Source of the DNA: an uncultured Gammaproteobacteria bacterium
GTDB taxonomy: Bacteria; Patescibacteriota; Microgenomatia; 0-14-0-10-38-17
DNA: 64,000 nucleotides
Reading direction: 5' to 3'
NCBI GenBank assembly: GCA_964348895.1
Contig: CAYGEH010000001.1
Location: 546,254 to 610,253 of the forward strand
This document shows positions 20,077-29,491 of this stretch, one piece after another (the first letter of the stretch is position 1; each line of letters begins with the position of its first letter). The notes under the pieces are model-generated. The model was not told where the DNA came from, searched no databases, and saw only the letters and a list, made by a program, of their open reading frames with translations. A program made the translations under genes and the position numbers.

Positions 20077-20806
20077 TATCTAAGATTATGATTTTTTTTT
20101 GCTGACAATCAAGAATTAGTTGATAATTTATAAATTTTTTTAACTCAGAAGCCTGCTGAGGTTTAACCTTAACCAAAGTCAGGTCAGCTAAAGTAAAGTT
20201 ATTTAAATTAATTTTATCATCACTAATGATAGCCAGAGCATTAATGGCTTGAGCCTTATTGATTAGGGCTGGAAAAAACTGGTCGGCTAAGACTATTTTT
20301 CTTTGATATTGACAGTCAAAAGAAGTGAGGGTACCACTGTGGTAAGTTAATTGACCAAACAAATCCTCCCCCCAACAATCATCAGCCTCAACAATCTCTT
20401 TAGCTCTCATTTTAATGGTAACTCCTTCTTGGCTAATTTTTTCCACCTTTCCCGAAAAAGGAGACAGCAAGTCTTGACCGTCTTCTATTGTTTCTATTGT
20501 TAAATCTCCGGTGTTGCTATCAAAGGCAAAAACTTGCCCAGAAACTGGAGAGTTTATGGAGTTTTTTTTTAAAAAACTATTTGTTTTAGCAAGGGGTTCG
20601 TCGAAATTAATTTTTTGACCTAATTTAACCAAGAGACAGGCACTAACCTTCTTGGGAGAAACTTTTAGCTGTTTGACAAGGTCAATTTTGTGCTTTTTGG
20701 TTTTCCAAAAGGTTGCCACTTTTTCTCCTCGTCCAAGACTATCCCCTTTTTTAACTAAGGGTTTAGCTTTTTTTGGTAAAGGAAGAAAAAAAGAAAAATC
20801 AGCCAT
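20066..20806 (-). CDS. Hypothetical protein (encoded in the rpsF-ssb-rpsR-ctpA operon)
   Basis: ORF with no assignable motif. It is tightly packed between rpsR and ctpA on the same strand. Confidence 0.4.
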   Translation of the reverse strand: MADFSFFLPLPKKAKPLVKKGDSLGRGEKVATFWKTKKHKIDLVKQLKVSPKKVSACLLVKLGQKINFDEPLAKTNSFLKKNSINSPVSGQVFAFDSNTGDLTIETIEDGQDLLSPFSGKVEKISQEGVTIKMRAKEIVEADDCWGEDLFGQLTYHSGTLTSFDCQYQRKIVLADQFFPALINKAQAINALAIISDDKINLNNFTLADLTLVKVKPQQASELKKFINYQLILDCQQKKIIILDNEN

Positions 20807-20817
20807 TAGGCAGTAAT

Positions 20818-21060
20818 TTAATGGATTTGGCTAACAAAGGGAATTAAAGCAAGGTGTCTGGCTCTTTTGATGGCGCCAGTTAGTTTTCTTTGGTGTTTAG
20901 CGCAAACTCCAGTGTATTCTCGCGAGGAGATTTTCTTTCTCTCAGTAATAAAACGCAACAAAACCTCAACCTCTTTGTAGTCTGGCTGAGCTTTATTTTG
21001 ACAAAAAAAACAGTTTTTAATAAGCTTTCTTTTTGGTTTTAAAAAGGGTTTTTTAGCCAT
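20818..21060 (-). CDS. rpsR: 30S ribosomal protein S18
   Basis: CFFCQNK...[18 protein letters not shown] matches the S18 conserved core. Confidence 0.85.
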   Translation of the reverse strand: MAKKPFLKPKRKLIKNCFFCQNKAQPDYKEVEVLLRFITERKKISSREYTGVCAKHQRKLTGAIKRARHLALIPFVSQIH

Positions 21061-21077
21061 ATTTTTTGGGAATTAAA

Positions 21078-21590
21078 TTAGAAAGGAATGTCATTAGCGT
21101 CAATGTTTTCCTCGTTTTTGTTTGTTTGATCTTTTTTTAATTTTTTAGAAACTTGGTCTTCTTCGCCGAAAGAATTAGCTACTTGTTTTGAATCAAGGCC
21201 TTCGGTTTCTGCTCCTTCTTCTTCAATTGATCGACGAGAGTCTAAAATCATCATTTCCGAAACGATTATTTCGGTAGTTTGCCTGGTGTTGCCACTCTGA
21301 TCTTCCCACTGTCTAGTTTGTAGTCGACCCTCAACATAAACACGGCGACCCTTAGATAAAAGCTGAGAACAAATTTCAGCTAACTTATCCCAAGCAACGG
21401 CCCGATGAAAAGAAACGTCTTCTTTTTTTTCACCCTGCTCGGTAACCCAGCTACGGTTGGTAGCCAAGCCAAAAGAGCAGACAGCAGTCCCCTTCCCGGT
21501 ATAACGCAACTCCGGATCTCGGGTAAGGTTCCCAATCAACATTACTTTATTAAGAGAACGTGTAGTCAAGTTGTTTGCCCTCCTAGTCAA
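21078..21590 (-). CDS. ssb: Single-stranded DNA-binding protein
   Basis: OB fold (KVMLIGNLTRDPELRYT) and an acidic C-terminal tail ending DIPF. Confidence 0.9.
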   Translation of the reverse strand: MTRRANNLTTRSLNKVMLIGNLTRDPELRYTGKGTAVCSFGLATNRSWVTEQGEKKEDVSFHRAVAWDKLAEICSQLLSKGRRVYVEGRLQTRQWEDQSGNTRQTTEIIVSEMMILDSRRSIEEEGAETEGLDSKQVANSFGEEDQVSKKLKKDQTNKNEENIDANDIPF

Positions 21591-21873
21591 AAACTACTAA
21601 CAAGTGTCTGATTATATTGTTGTTTAATTTTAAAATATTGTCAAGGCGACTAACTTTTTTTGCCTCCGCTTCAAGAAAAAACCAATGGTAATAGGCTTCA
21701 GTTTCTTTTTTAATCGGATAAGCCAAGGGTTTTTTTCCCCAACTTTCTTCTTTTAGGATCTTACCAAATGAAGCTAGGCTAGTTTTGATTTTCTCTAAGT
21801 TGGCCTCTCCTGTCTTGGTTTTGGGATTGAGGCGAGAAACGATTGTTAATTCATACTTTTTAGCTTTAACCAT
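21583..21873 (-). CDS. rpsF: 30S ribosomal protein S6 (putative)
   Basis: Size and position upstream of ssb-rpsR fit the conserved rpsF-ssb-rpsR order. Sequence similarity is weak. Confidence 0.55.
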   Translation of the reverse strand: MVKAKKYELTIVSRLNPKTKTGEANLEKIKTSLASFGKILKEESWGKKPLAYPIKKETEAYYHWFFLEAEAKKVSRLDNILKLNNNIIRHLLVVFD

Positions 21874-21992
21874 AGTGACAATGATAACACAGAAGCCCCT
21901 TGTTTCACAAGAGTTTTTTCGATCAAAAACGAAACTAGTCCAAGAGCTACGAAGAAAAAACTATTTTTTTTGTTGGTTATTTCTTTGAACAG

Positions 21993-22021
21993 TTGACATA
22001 ACTATAAGATAGTGCTATAAT
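21993..22021 (+). promoter_or_regulatory. Perfect consensus sigma70 promoter (TTGACA-17-TATAAT)
   Basis: TTGACA at 21993..21998 and TATAAT at 22016..22021 with a 17-nt spacer. It points toward the tRNA-Leu pair about 290 nt downstream. Confidence 0.45.
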
Positions 22022-22310
22022 CTCTAATTAGATCCTGGGGTTAGCTTTATTAGTTAAAGCAGACTCTGGGATTTTTTTATGGACTTGATTTTTAATTATA
22101 GGGTTTGTTGAAGAGAAAAAATTTGTTTTTCTTTTGAACGGTTTATTTAAGCGCTGTTTTTAGCAATACTTAAACGATTAAAGTTTTCCTCTTTTTTCTC
22201 TTTTGGTTTATAATAAAAGCTAGGGAAGTGTTTTGGTGTTGATGTGGTTGGGGAAAAACGAAGCAAAGTAATTGTTTCTTTTGCGGTGCGGACGGTGCGG
22301 AGATTTTCTT

Positions 22311-22399
22311 GCCAGAGTGCTGGAATTGGCAGACAGGCACGGCTTAGGACCGTGTGCTCTTTTACGAGCGTAGGAGTTCAAGTCTCCTCTCTGGCACCA
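22311..22399 (+). tRNA. tRNA-Leu (anticodon TAG), long variable arm, CCA encoded
   Basis: GCCAGAG...CTCTGGCACCA acceptor, anticodon loop CTTAGGA, class II variable arm. Confidence 0.85.
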
Positions 22400-22432
22400 A
22401 GAAAAAGGTTCTCTTTTGGCGATCATTATTTG

Positions 22433-22517
22433 GCCGCGGTGGCGGAACTGGCAGACGCGCAAGACTTAAAATCTTGTGATGTTTAACATCGTGAGGGTTC
22501 GATTCCCTCTCGCGGCA
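22433..22517 (+). tRNA. tRNA-Leu (anticodon TAA), long variable arm
   Basis: GCCGCGG...TCGCGGCA acceptor, anticodon loop CTTAAAA, T-loop GGTTCGATTCC. Confidence 0.85.
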
Positions 22518-22674
22518 CTTACAATAAACCAAAATACTGGTTTTTTTAACAAACTTAATTGCTTGGGAAAAAAGCGCTACTTGTTGTTCAGTTGGTTTTT
22601 AATTTTTTTAATAAACATTTCTTAGGTTTTTAAAAAATTTTACAAACCCTGTCTTTGTTGCTAGAATTATCGAG

Positions 22675-23580
22675 ATGAAAAAAATTCTCTGGTTATTATT
22701 TTGGGGTGTTTTTCTAACTTCTTTTTCTTTGGTTAAATCTCAAGGACCATCGCCAGTCTTGGATCAGGAGCAGCCAACACTAGAGGAAGCCAGCCTGGTA
22801 GCAACAGAAGCGGCGGAAGTTGGTCTTGACCAGAAAGAAAAAAGTGAAAGAATTACCGAACCAACAGAGATAGTTAAAGAAAGATTAGCCCTGCTTTTAG
22901 AGGGTCAGGAAGTGGGAAGATTAAGGTTTGATAACTTCTTAAAACATGCAATTCGGCAGGCAACTAGCCAAGGTATTCCAGCCAACACTATTATTTTAGT
23001 TTTTTTACTTCCCCTAGTTGCTACCCTAATCACCTTTGTTCGCTATGTTTTTGGTCTTTCTGGTTTTGGTATTTTTACCCCAGTTATGATTTCTGTTGCT
23101 TTTATTGCTACTGGGCTAACACAGGGCTTGTTGCTTTTCTTGGTTATTGTTTCTATTGCTATTTTAGTTAGAACGATGCTTAGGAAAATTAGGGTTCATT
23201 TTTTACCCAAAATGTCTTTACTGCTGTGGTTTGTTTGTTTAGGAGTTTTTAGTTTATTTTTTTTGGGCCCTCAACTTGGGTTCGATAGCGTAGCTGATAT
23301 TTCCATTTTTCCAATTTTAATCATGATTCTTTTAGCCGAAAACTTTATTGAGGTTTTAATTGGCAAAAACAGCACTGAGGCGTTAAAGATGACTGGCCAA
23401 ACTCTAGTTGTGGCAATTTTTGGTTATTGGTTTTTAAGTTGGCGGGCTCTTCAAGGCTTTGTTCTGCTTAACCCAGAAGTCGTGTATCTTTCCCTTCTTG
23501 TTATTAACTTTATTGTTGGTCGTTATTCTGGTCTTCGCTGGTTGGAGTATCGCCGATTTCGATCAATATTTAAAAGTTAA
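22675..23580 (+). CDS. Polytopic membrane protein (roughly 6-7 predicted TM helices) with secreted ~100-aa N-terminal region; 7TM partner of the alpha-L-glutamate-ligase-like ATP-grasp
   Basis: Signal peptide, acidic extracytoplasmic segment, then multiple hydrophobic helices (roughly 6-7 by eye). Encoded 10 nt upstream of the ATP-grasp gene. Confidence 0.5.
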   Translation: MKKILWLLFWGVFLTSFSLVKSQGPSPVLDQEQPTLEEASLVATEAAEVGLDQKEKSERITEPTEIVKERLALLLEGQEVGRLRFDNFLKHAIRQATSQGIPANTIILVFLLPLVATLITFVRYVFGLSGFGIFTPVMISVAFIATGLTQGLLLFLVIVSIAILVRTMLRKIRVHFLPKMSLLLWFVCLGVFSLFFLGPQLGFDSVADISIFPILIMILLAENFIEVLIGKNSTEALKMTGQTLVVAIFGYWFLSWRALQGFVLLNPEVVYLSLLVINFIVGRYSGLRWLEYRRFRSIFKS

Positions 23581-23590
23581 ACAATACTTA

Positions 23591-24874
23591 ATGAAAAGAT
23601 GGCAAGATGTTTTGGGCATGAACGCCCGCAATCATAAATATCTTCGCTATAACACTAAAAAAGGTCGTCAGGTTGCTGATTCAAAGCTGGCAACAAAAAA
23701 AATATTAAAAAGACACAATCTGCCCTCTCCAGAACTAATTAAAGCTTTTTCTAGCCCCAAAGACATTGAAAACTTCTCTTGGTTAAATTTGCCCGATAAT
23801 TTTGTTCTCAAACCCTCTGGGGGGTTTGGCGGCGAAGGAATTTTGGTGGTCAGAAAGAAAAGTCATTTTGCCGGAGAATGGGAGCTGATGAATGGTGAAA
23901 TTGTTAATATTTCTGATCTGAAATTCCATGCTCAAGAGATTTTGTCGGGTCATTACAGCATTCACAATACTGCGGATAAAGCCTTGATTGAAGAACGAGT
24001 TAGAATCATTAAAGTTTTTGGCAAGTATGTTAAGGGGGGAACTCCAGACATTAGAGTAATTGTTTTTAATTTAGTGCCGGTAATGGCGATGTTAAGATTA
24101 CCGACGGAAAAATCTGATGGCAAGGCGAATCTTCATCAGGGAGCGATTGGGGTGGGCATTGACCTGGCCACAGGAGTAACAACCCACGGAATTTATCGTG
24201 GACATTCAATTACTCACTTGCCAGGAACAAAAATAAAAATTAATGGCCTAAGGATTCCCCATTGGGATCAAATTTTATTGTATTCTATTCGGACTCAGGA
24301 GGCCATTTCTTCTCTCGGATATTTAGGAATCGATTTTTTAATTGATCAAACCAAGGGGCCGTTAATTGTTGAACTGAATTCTCGTCCAGGGCTATCAATT
24401 CAGGTGGCCAATAAAACTGGTTTGCAAAAACGACTAGAACGAATAGAAAGACTGGAGATTCGCAGCCCTGAGCACGGGGTTAAAATTACCAAAGCTTTGT
24501 TTGGGGCTAGTTTTGCCGATAGAGTCGGCAGCAAAAACGAACCCAAAATAATCAGTTTAATTGAGGAAGTTAGGGTTGTGGCTCAAAACAAGAACAGGAT
24601 CTCAGTTTTGGCTAAAGTTGATACTGGAGCCGATCGGAGCGCGATTGACGAAGATTTGGCCCGAAAACTAGGATTGCTATCAAATGATAATATCATTTAT
24701 CAGGCCCAATACCGAAGTGCTCTAGGGAAAAGTCGTCGGCCGGTAATTGCCCTGGAATACTATTTGGCTGGGCGGAAAATTAATAGTATGGTTAGTGTTA
24801 CCGATCGAGATAGGTTGCGAACAAAGTTTTTAATCGGCAAAAGAGATTTATTGGGATTTGTTATTCGTCCTTAA
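23591..24874 (+). CDS. ATP-grasp ligase (alpha-L-glutamate-ligase-like, RimK-related) fused to C-terminal retropepsin-like aspartyl peptidase domain
   Basis: N-terminus LGMNARNHKYLRYNTKKGRQVADSKLATKKIL is typical of alpha-L-glutamate-ligase-related proteins. ATP-grasp motifs NFVLKPSGGFGGEGI and IVELNSRPG are present. The C-terminal ~140 aa carry KVDTGADRS plus VTDRDRL...GRDLLG, matching the RimK-associated 'ATP-dependent Zn protease'/RimB family. The start was reset to the Met right after the upstream stop codon. Confidence 0.7.
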   Translation: MKRWQDVLGMNARNHKYLRYNTKKGRQVADSKLATKKILKRHNLPSPELIKAFSSPKDIENFSWLNLPDNFVLKPSGGFGGEGILVVRKKSHFAGEWELMNGEIVNISDLKFHAQEILSGHYSIHNTADKALIEERVRIIKVFGKYVKGGTPDIRVIVFNLVPVMAMLRLPTEKSDGKANLHQGAIGVGIDLATGVTTHGIYRGHSITHLPGTKIKINGLRIPHWDQILLYSIRTQEAISSLGYLGIDFLIDQTKGPLIVELNSRPGLSIQVANKTGLQKRLERIERLEIRSPEHGVKITKALFGASFADRVGSKNEPKIISLIEEVRVVAQNKNRISVLAKVDTGADRSAIDEDLARKLGLLSNDNIIYQAQYRSALGKSRRPVIALEYYLAGRKINSMVSVTDRDRLRTKFLIGKRDLLGFVIRP

Positions 24875-24909
24875 AAAAAATTATTTTTTGATCAATTAAT
24901 ATTATTTTT

Positions 24910-25962
24910 ATGCTTAAGGTTTTAAAAAACAGAAAGATAGTTATTGTCTTTTTGGTTTTACTGGTTGGAATTGGGGTGGGCTTGAGTCTTTTTGCCAAAG
25001 AAGAGTCTCCCGAGGAAGCAATCGAAACCGTAAAGGTTAGAAAAGAAGACTTGGTTTTAACAATTTCTGTTCCTGGCTCAATTGACGCTAAAGAACAAGC
25101 CGAGGTTAGGTTTCAAACCTCAGGACAACTAGCCTGGGTTGGAGTAAGCGAAGGCGATCAGGTTAAAAAATGGCAAGCCCTAGCTTCACTAGATAGGCGT
25201 GAACTAAAAAAGAGGCTAGAAAAACAACTAAACGATTTTATGACCCAAAGACTAAGTTTTGACCAAGCCCACGACGACTATCAAGAAGAAAAAGACAATG
25301 CTGTTATTACTAAAGAAATTGAACGAATTTTAGATAAAGCTCAACTTTCTTTAAGTAATCGAGTAATTGAAGTAGAGTTAATTGATTTAGCTCTAAAATA
25401 CGCTACGATTCACTCCCCTCTTGATGGAATTGTTACTAAAATTGATTCGCCCTTGCCTGGAATTAACATAACCCCAGCTCAAGCGACATTTTTCGTAGTT
25501 AATCCTGACTCTTTGGCTTTTTATTTAACAGTTAATGAAACCGAAGTGGTTGGCTTAAAAGAGGGGCAAAAAGTTGATATTCGCCTAGATGCTTTTCCTG
25601 ACCGAAATTTTGTCGGTTCTATTAGCAGGGTTGGCTTTACTCCTCTTGCTGGACAAGGGACCTATTATCAAGTGATAGTTTCTTTTTTAGAAAAAGAGCC
25701 TGAGTTTAAAATCGGCATGAATGGAGATGGTGAAATTTTAATTGAAAAAAAGGAAGGAGTTTTAATTGTGCCAGAGACTGCTCTAATTAAGCGAGATGGA
25801 GAGTATTCGGTTTTTACGGTGGTTAACGATCGAGCCAAAAAGCAGCCAGTTACGGTTGGCCTAATAACTGATCGTGGAGCAGAAGTTATTGAAGGATTAA
25901 CAGAGGGAGAAATAGTTATTTCTTCGGGGATTAGTAAAATTAGCGATGGCCAAAGAATCTAA
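24910..25962 (+). CDS. HlyD/MacA-family membrane-fusion (periplasmic adaptor) protein
   Basis: N-terminal TM anchor, coiled-coil hairpin, lipoyl/beta-barrel regions. It directly precedes an ABC ATPase/permease pair. Confidence 0.7.
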   Translation: MLKVLKNRKIVIVFLVLLVGIGVGLSLFAKEESPEEAIETVKVRKEDLVLTISVPGSIDAKEQAEVRFQTSGQLAWVGVSEGDQVKKWQALASLDRRELKKRLEKQLNDFMTQRLSFDQAHDDYQEEKDNAVITKEIERILDKAQLSLSNRVIEVELIDLALKYATIHSPLDGIVTKIDSPLPGINITPAQATFFVVNPDSLAFYLTVNETEVVGLKEGQKVDIRLDAFPDRNFVGSISRVGFTPLAGQGTYYQVIVSFLEKEPEFKIGMNGDGEILIEKKEGVLIVPETALIKRDGEYSVFTVVNDRAKKQPVTVGLITDRGAEVIEGLTEGEIVISSGISKISDGQRI

Positions 25963-26665
25963 TTCTCCAAGCCAAACACCAATCTATCAACTGGAAAATG
26001 TTAAAAGACACTATCAGACGGGCCAAGTTAAGGTTCAGGCGCTAAGAGGAATAAATCTAATTATTAATCCGGGCGAGTTTGTTGCTTTGGTTGGTCCCTC
26101 TGGTTGCGGTAAGTCAACCCTGATGCACATTTTAGGTCTTTTAGACCGAGCAAATGAAGGGAAAATATATTTAGAAGGAAAAGAGGTTTCTGCTCTTTCT
26201 GAAGAAGAAGGAGCTCTTTTAAGACGGGAAAAGGTTGGTTTTGTTTTTCAAACTTTTCATCTTTTAGCCCGCCTAACGGCTCTAGAAAACGTGGAACTTC
26301 CTCTTATTTACAGCAATATTCCCTATCAGGAAAGAATGAATTTGGCAAGAGAGAAGCTGGCCTTATTTGGTTTAGCCGATCGAGTTAATCATCTACCAAC
26401 CGAGCTGTCTGGGGGTCAGCAGCAAAGAGTAGCGATTGCCCGAGCCCTCATCAACAATCCTTTGGTAATTTTGGCCGATGAACCAACAGGAAACCTAGAC
26501 AGCAAGTCTGGAGAAGAGGTGATGACGACCCTTAACGCGCTACACAAACAAGGAAAAACAATTGTTTTAGTTACTCACGACCTTGAGGTTTCTCGGGCCG
26601 CCAAACGAATAGTTAGCCTTAAAGATGGCTTGATTATTAAAGACAGCAAGAACAATGCCCTTTAA
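25946..26665 (+). CDS. ABC transporter ATP-binding protein (MacB/LolD-like)
   Basis: Walker [10 protein letters not shown], signature LSGGQQQR, Walker [12 protein letters not shown]. Confidence 0.9.
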   Translation: MAKESNSPSQTPIYQLENVKRHYQTGQVKVQALRGINLIINPGEFVALVGPSGCGKSTLMHILGLLDRANEGKIYLEGKEVSALSEEEGALLRREKVGFVFQTFHLLARLTALENVELPLIYSNIPYQERMNLAREKLALFGLADRVNHLPTELSGGQQQRVAIARALINNPLVILADEPTGNLDSKSGEEVMTTLNALHKQGKTIVLVTHDLEVSRAAKRIVSLKDGLIIKDSKNNAL

Positions 26666-27851
26666 TCTAGAGATTTTCAAAATAGCGTTACGGTCTTTGT
26701 GGGCCAATAAAACTCGCTCGCTATTAACAATGCTGGGAATTATTATCGGAGTGGCAGCGGTAATTTCCTTAGTGTCTATAGGCGCTGGATTGAAGATTTA
26801 TATTACTGAACAGTTTGAGGCTCTAGGCAGTAATCTGATTTATGTTTATCCGGGAGACTTGTCGTCTGGGTTTGGTGAAAGAGCCTTGCTTAGCAAAGCA
26901 AAACTAGGTCGTCAACACCGAGAAGCGATTGAAGATTTGGAAGTTCCAATTGAATCTCTTTCGGCGGTGACTCAGATCGCCGAACAAGCAAAATATCAAG
27001 GAAACACCTTTAACACTGTTGTTTTTGGGGCAGAGGCCAGTTATGGCCAAGTTGTTAACGTTGACCTTAGACTAGGTCGTTTTTTTACCGAAACCGAGGA
27101 GGAAAGAAGCAGAAGAGTGGCGATAATTGGAAGTAGGGTGGTTAGGGAAATTTTTCCCGGAATTGACCCCTTAGGAAAAAGATTTTTTTTGGCTGGAGCG
27201 GCTTTTGAAGTAATTGGGGTTTTAGAAGAACAAGGCGGTGGAGCGATGGGAGCTTCGTCTATTGACGATGCCATTATTGTTCCCCTAAAAACAACGGAAC
27301 AGCTTTTCAATCAAGAGGAATATAGCACCATTATAGTTAAAGCCCAAACAGAAGCTGATATCGAGCAAGTTAAAAAAGCAATCGAGACGGAACTGCTTTC
27401 TTATTTTGCTGAAGATGATTTTTCTGTTCTTGACCAAAGGCAAGTTCTTAATCAAATAGAAAGCATTTTGGGAATTTTAACTGTGGCCCTAGGAGGAATT
27501 GCTGCAATTTCTTTATTGGTTGGTGGCATTGGCATAATGAATATTATGCTAGTGTCGGTGACGGAAAGAACCGCCGAGATTGGTTTAAGGAAAGCGGTTG
27601 GGGCAAAAAACAGAGATATTTTAGTTCAATTTATCATTGAGTCGGTGTTTTTGAGTATAGTGGGGGGATCAATTGGAGTGGTTTTTGGTTTTTTGGGTTC
27701 ACTGGCGATAGATTTATTTTTGACCACAGCCGTTACTCCTTGGTCGGTTTTGTTAGCCTTCTCAATTTCTGCTTTGATTGGCATAGTTTTTGGAGTAGCC
27801 CCAGCCTCTAAGGCGGCAAAACTGGATCCGATTGAAGCATTAAGACACTAA
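26655..27851 (+). CDS. ABC transporter permease, MacB/FtsX family
   Basis: N-terminal TM helix, large periplasmic MacB_PCD-like domain, and three C-terminal TM helices (FtsX-like). Confidence 0.8.
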   Translation: MPFNLEIFKIALRSLWANKTRSLLTMLGIIIGVAAVISLVSIGAGLKIYITEQFEALGSNLIYVYPGDLSSGFGERALLSKAKLGRQHREAIEDLEVPIESLSAVTQIAEQAKYQGNTFNTVVFGAEASYGQVVNVDLRLGRFFTETEEERSRRVAIIGSRVVREIFPGIDPLGKRFFLAGAAFEVIGVLEEQGGGAMGASSIDDAIIVPLKTTEQLFNQEEYSTIIVKAQTEADIEQVKKAIETELLSYFAEDDFSVLDQRQVLNQIESILGILTVALGGIAAISLLVGGIGIMNIMLVSVTERTAEIGLRKAVGAKNRDILVQFIIESVFLSIVGGSIGVVFGFLGSLAIDLFLTTAVTPWSVLLAFSISALIGIVFGVAPASKAAKLDPIEALRH

Positions 27852-27859
27852 TTAAATTT

Positions 27860-27867
27860 TGTATAAT
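27860..27867 (+). promoter_or_regulatory. Extended -10 element (TGTATAAT) upstream of rarA
   Basis: TG immediately 5' of TATAAT, about 55 nt upstream of the 27924 start. Confidence 0.35.
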
Positions 27868-27923
27868 ACAAATTATAAAAAACACTCAAGCAGCCCAAAA
27901 CAGCAACAGGAGATTTATTTTTT

Positions 27924-29129
27924 ATGCTTAAAAGTTCTCTTCCACTTGCCGATCGAATTCGGCCAAACTCTTTGGTTGAATTTTCAGGTCAAAAGCATCT
28001 GACAGGAAAGGGAAAAATTTTACATCAATTAATTTCAAGCGATCGGTTGTTTTCTTTGATTTTTTGGGGTCCTCCAGGGGTAGGTAAAACCACTCTAGCA
28101 AGAATTATCGCTCGAAAAACAAAGTCTTTCTTTATTGAGAAATCAGCGGTTTTAGCTCGAGTGGCTGATATTCGTCAAATTGCTAAAGAGGCCAAATTAA
28201 GGTTAAAAAAAGATCAAAGAACAATTTTTTTCTTGGACGAAATTCATCGTTTTAATAAGGCCCAGCAAGACGCCCTGCTTCCCCATGTAGAAAACGGAAC
28301 AATTATTTTAATTGGAGCGACAACAGAAAACCCCTCTTTCGAGGTTATTGGTCCCCTGCTCTCTCGGTCGCGAGTCTTAGTTTTAAATCCATTAACGGAT
28401 AAAGATTTAGAAAAAGTTCTTGATCGTGGCCTTAAAGAGCTAAACAATTTAACTCTTACCAATAAAGCAAAAGAATTTTTATTATCTTCGGCAAACGCTG
28501 ATGCTCGAAGTTTGTTAAATATTCTTGAAATAGCCCATACATTATATAGTAGTGATGGACAAAAAGAAAAAAACCTTTCTGTTCAATATATTAAAGAAGC
28601 TTTACAAAGAGATAAGCTTTTTTATGATCGAGCTGGAGAAGAACACTATAATACTATTTCGGCCTTTATTAAATCAATGAGAGCTTCTAGCCCAGATGCC
28701 GCTCTTTATTATTTGGCTCGGATGGTGGAGGCGGGAGAAGATCCTCTTTTTATTGCCCGAAGAATGGTTATTTTCGCGTCTGAAGATATAGGTATTGCTG
28801 CCCCCACCGCTCTAGTGGTAGCTAATGAAGTTTTTTCCGCTTGTGAAGTAATTGGCTATCCGGAATGCGCCATTAACCTAGCCCATGGCGTGGTTTATTT
28901 GGCTAATGCTCCCAAAGATCGCTCGGCTTATATTGGTCTGAGATTAGCCCAAAAGGACGCTAGACAATACGGTAACTTACCCATTCCCCTTCACCTTCGC
29001 AACGCGCCAACGGAATTAATGGAAAAGCTCGGTTATGGCAAGGGGTATAAGCAATATCCTGATAAAAAGGAGAACCTGTTGCCCGAAAAACTAAAAGGAA
29101 AAAAGTATTTTCGTAAAAAAGAAGAATGA
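27924..29129 (+). CDS. rarA: Replication-associated recombination protein A (AAA+ ATPase)
   Basis: Walker [10 protein letters not shown], Walker B FLDEIHRF, and an MgsA C-terminal domain. Confidence 0.85.
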   Translation: MLKSSLPLADRIRPNSLVEFSGQKHLTGKGKILHQLISSDRLFSLIFWGPPGVGKTTLARIIARKTKSFFIEKSAVLARVADIRQIAKEAKLRLKKDQRTIFFLDEIHRFNKAQQDALLPHVENGTIILIGATTENPSFEVIGPLLSRSRVLVLNPLTDKDLEKVLDRGLKELNNLTLTNKAKEFLLSSANADARSLLNILEIAHTLYSSDGQKEKNLSVQYIKEALQRDKLFYDRAGEEHYNTISAFIKSMRASSPDAALYYLARMVEAGEDPLFIARRMVIFASEDIGIAAPTALVVANEVFSACEVIGYPECAINLAHGVVYLANAPKDRSAYIGLRLAQKDARQYGNLPIPLHLRNAPTELMEKLGYGKGYKQYPDKKENLLPEKLKGKKYFRKKEE

Positions 29130-29258
29130 TTCTTTGTTTTTCTTGATTGGTGTTATGGTGAGGCGCCTTATGCCAACATCTTTAATTGAAACAACTGGCC
29201 CCCTGTTGTCCCACGAAGACCAAGCAAAATAACAGCTCTCGACAAAGTTGGTTTTAAG

Positions 29259-29331
29259 TGCACCCAGAGAGATTCGAACTCTCGACCTGCCGCTTAAGAG
29301 GCGGATGCTCTGCCGACTGAGCTATGGGTGC
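29259..29331 (-). tRNA. tRNA-Lys (anticodon CTT)
   Basis: Reverse complement GCACCCATAGCTCAGTCGGCAGAGCATCCGCCTCTTAAGCGGCAGGTCGAGAGTTCGAATCTCTCTGGGTGCA, anticodon loop CTCTTAA. Confidence 0.85.
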
Positions 29332-29416
29332 GAGCAAGAAACGCTCATTTTTAATTTTGAATTTACTTTTCAGAAAGAGAGAGATTTTTAATAGAACCTT
29401 TTTTTATTTTTACTTT

Positions 29417-29491
29417 TGGTGCCCCTAGGAGGAATCGAACCCCCATCACCTGTTCCGAAGACAGGCGCTTTATCCGTTAAGCTATAAGGGC
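29417..29491 (-). tRNA. tRNA-Arg (anticodon TCG), CCA encoded
   Basis: Reverse complement GCCCTTATAGCTTAACGGATAAAGCGCCTGTCTTCGGAACAGG...TAGGGGCACCA, anticodon loop CTTCGGA. Confidence 0.8.

Noticed and set aside
22220-22486. Two overlapping 80-aa ORFs (22220..22462 minus strand, 22244..22486 plus strand)
   Set aside because: They lie directly on top of the two tRNA-Leu genes, so they are artefacts of the six-frame translation.
23459-23590. Upstream extension of the ATP-grasp ORF (MFCLTQKSC...), overlapping the membrane-protein gene by 120 nt
   Set aside because: Family N-termini begin at MKRWQDVLGMNARN, and the Met at 23591 directly follows the upstream stop codon. The extension is the membrane protein's 3' end read in another frame.
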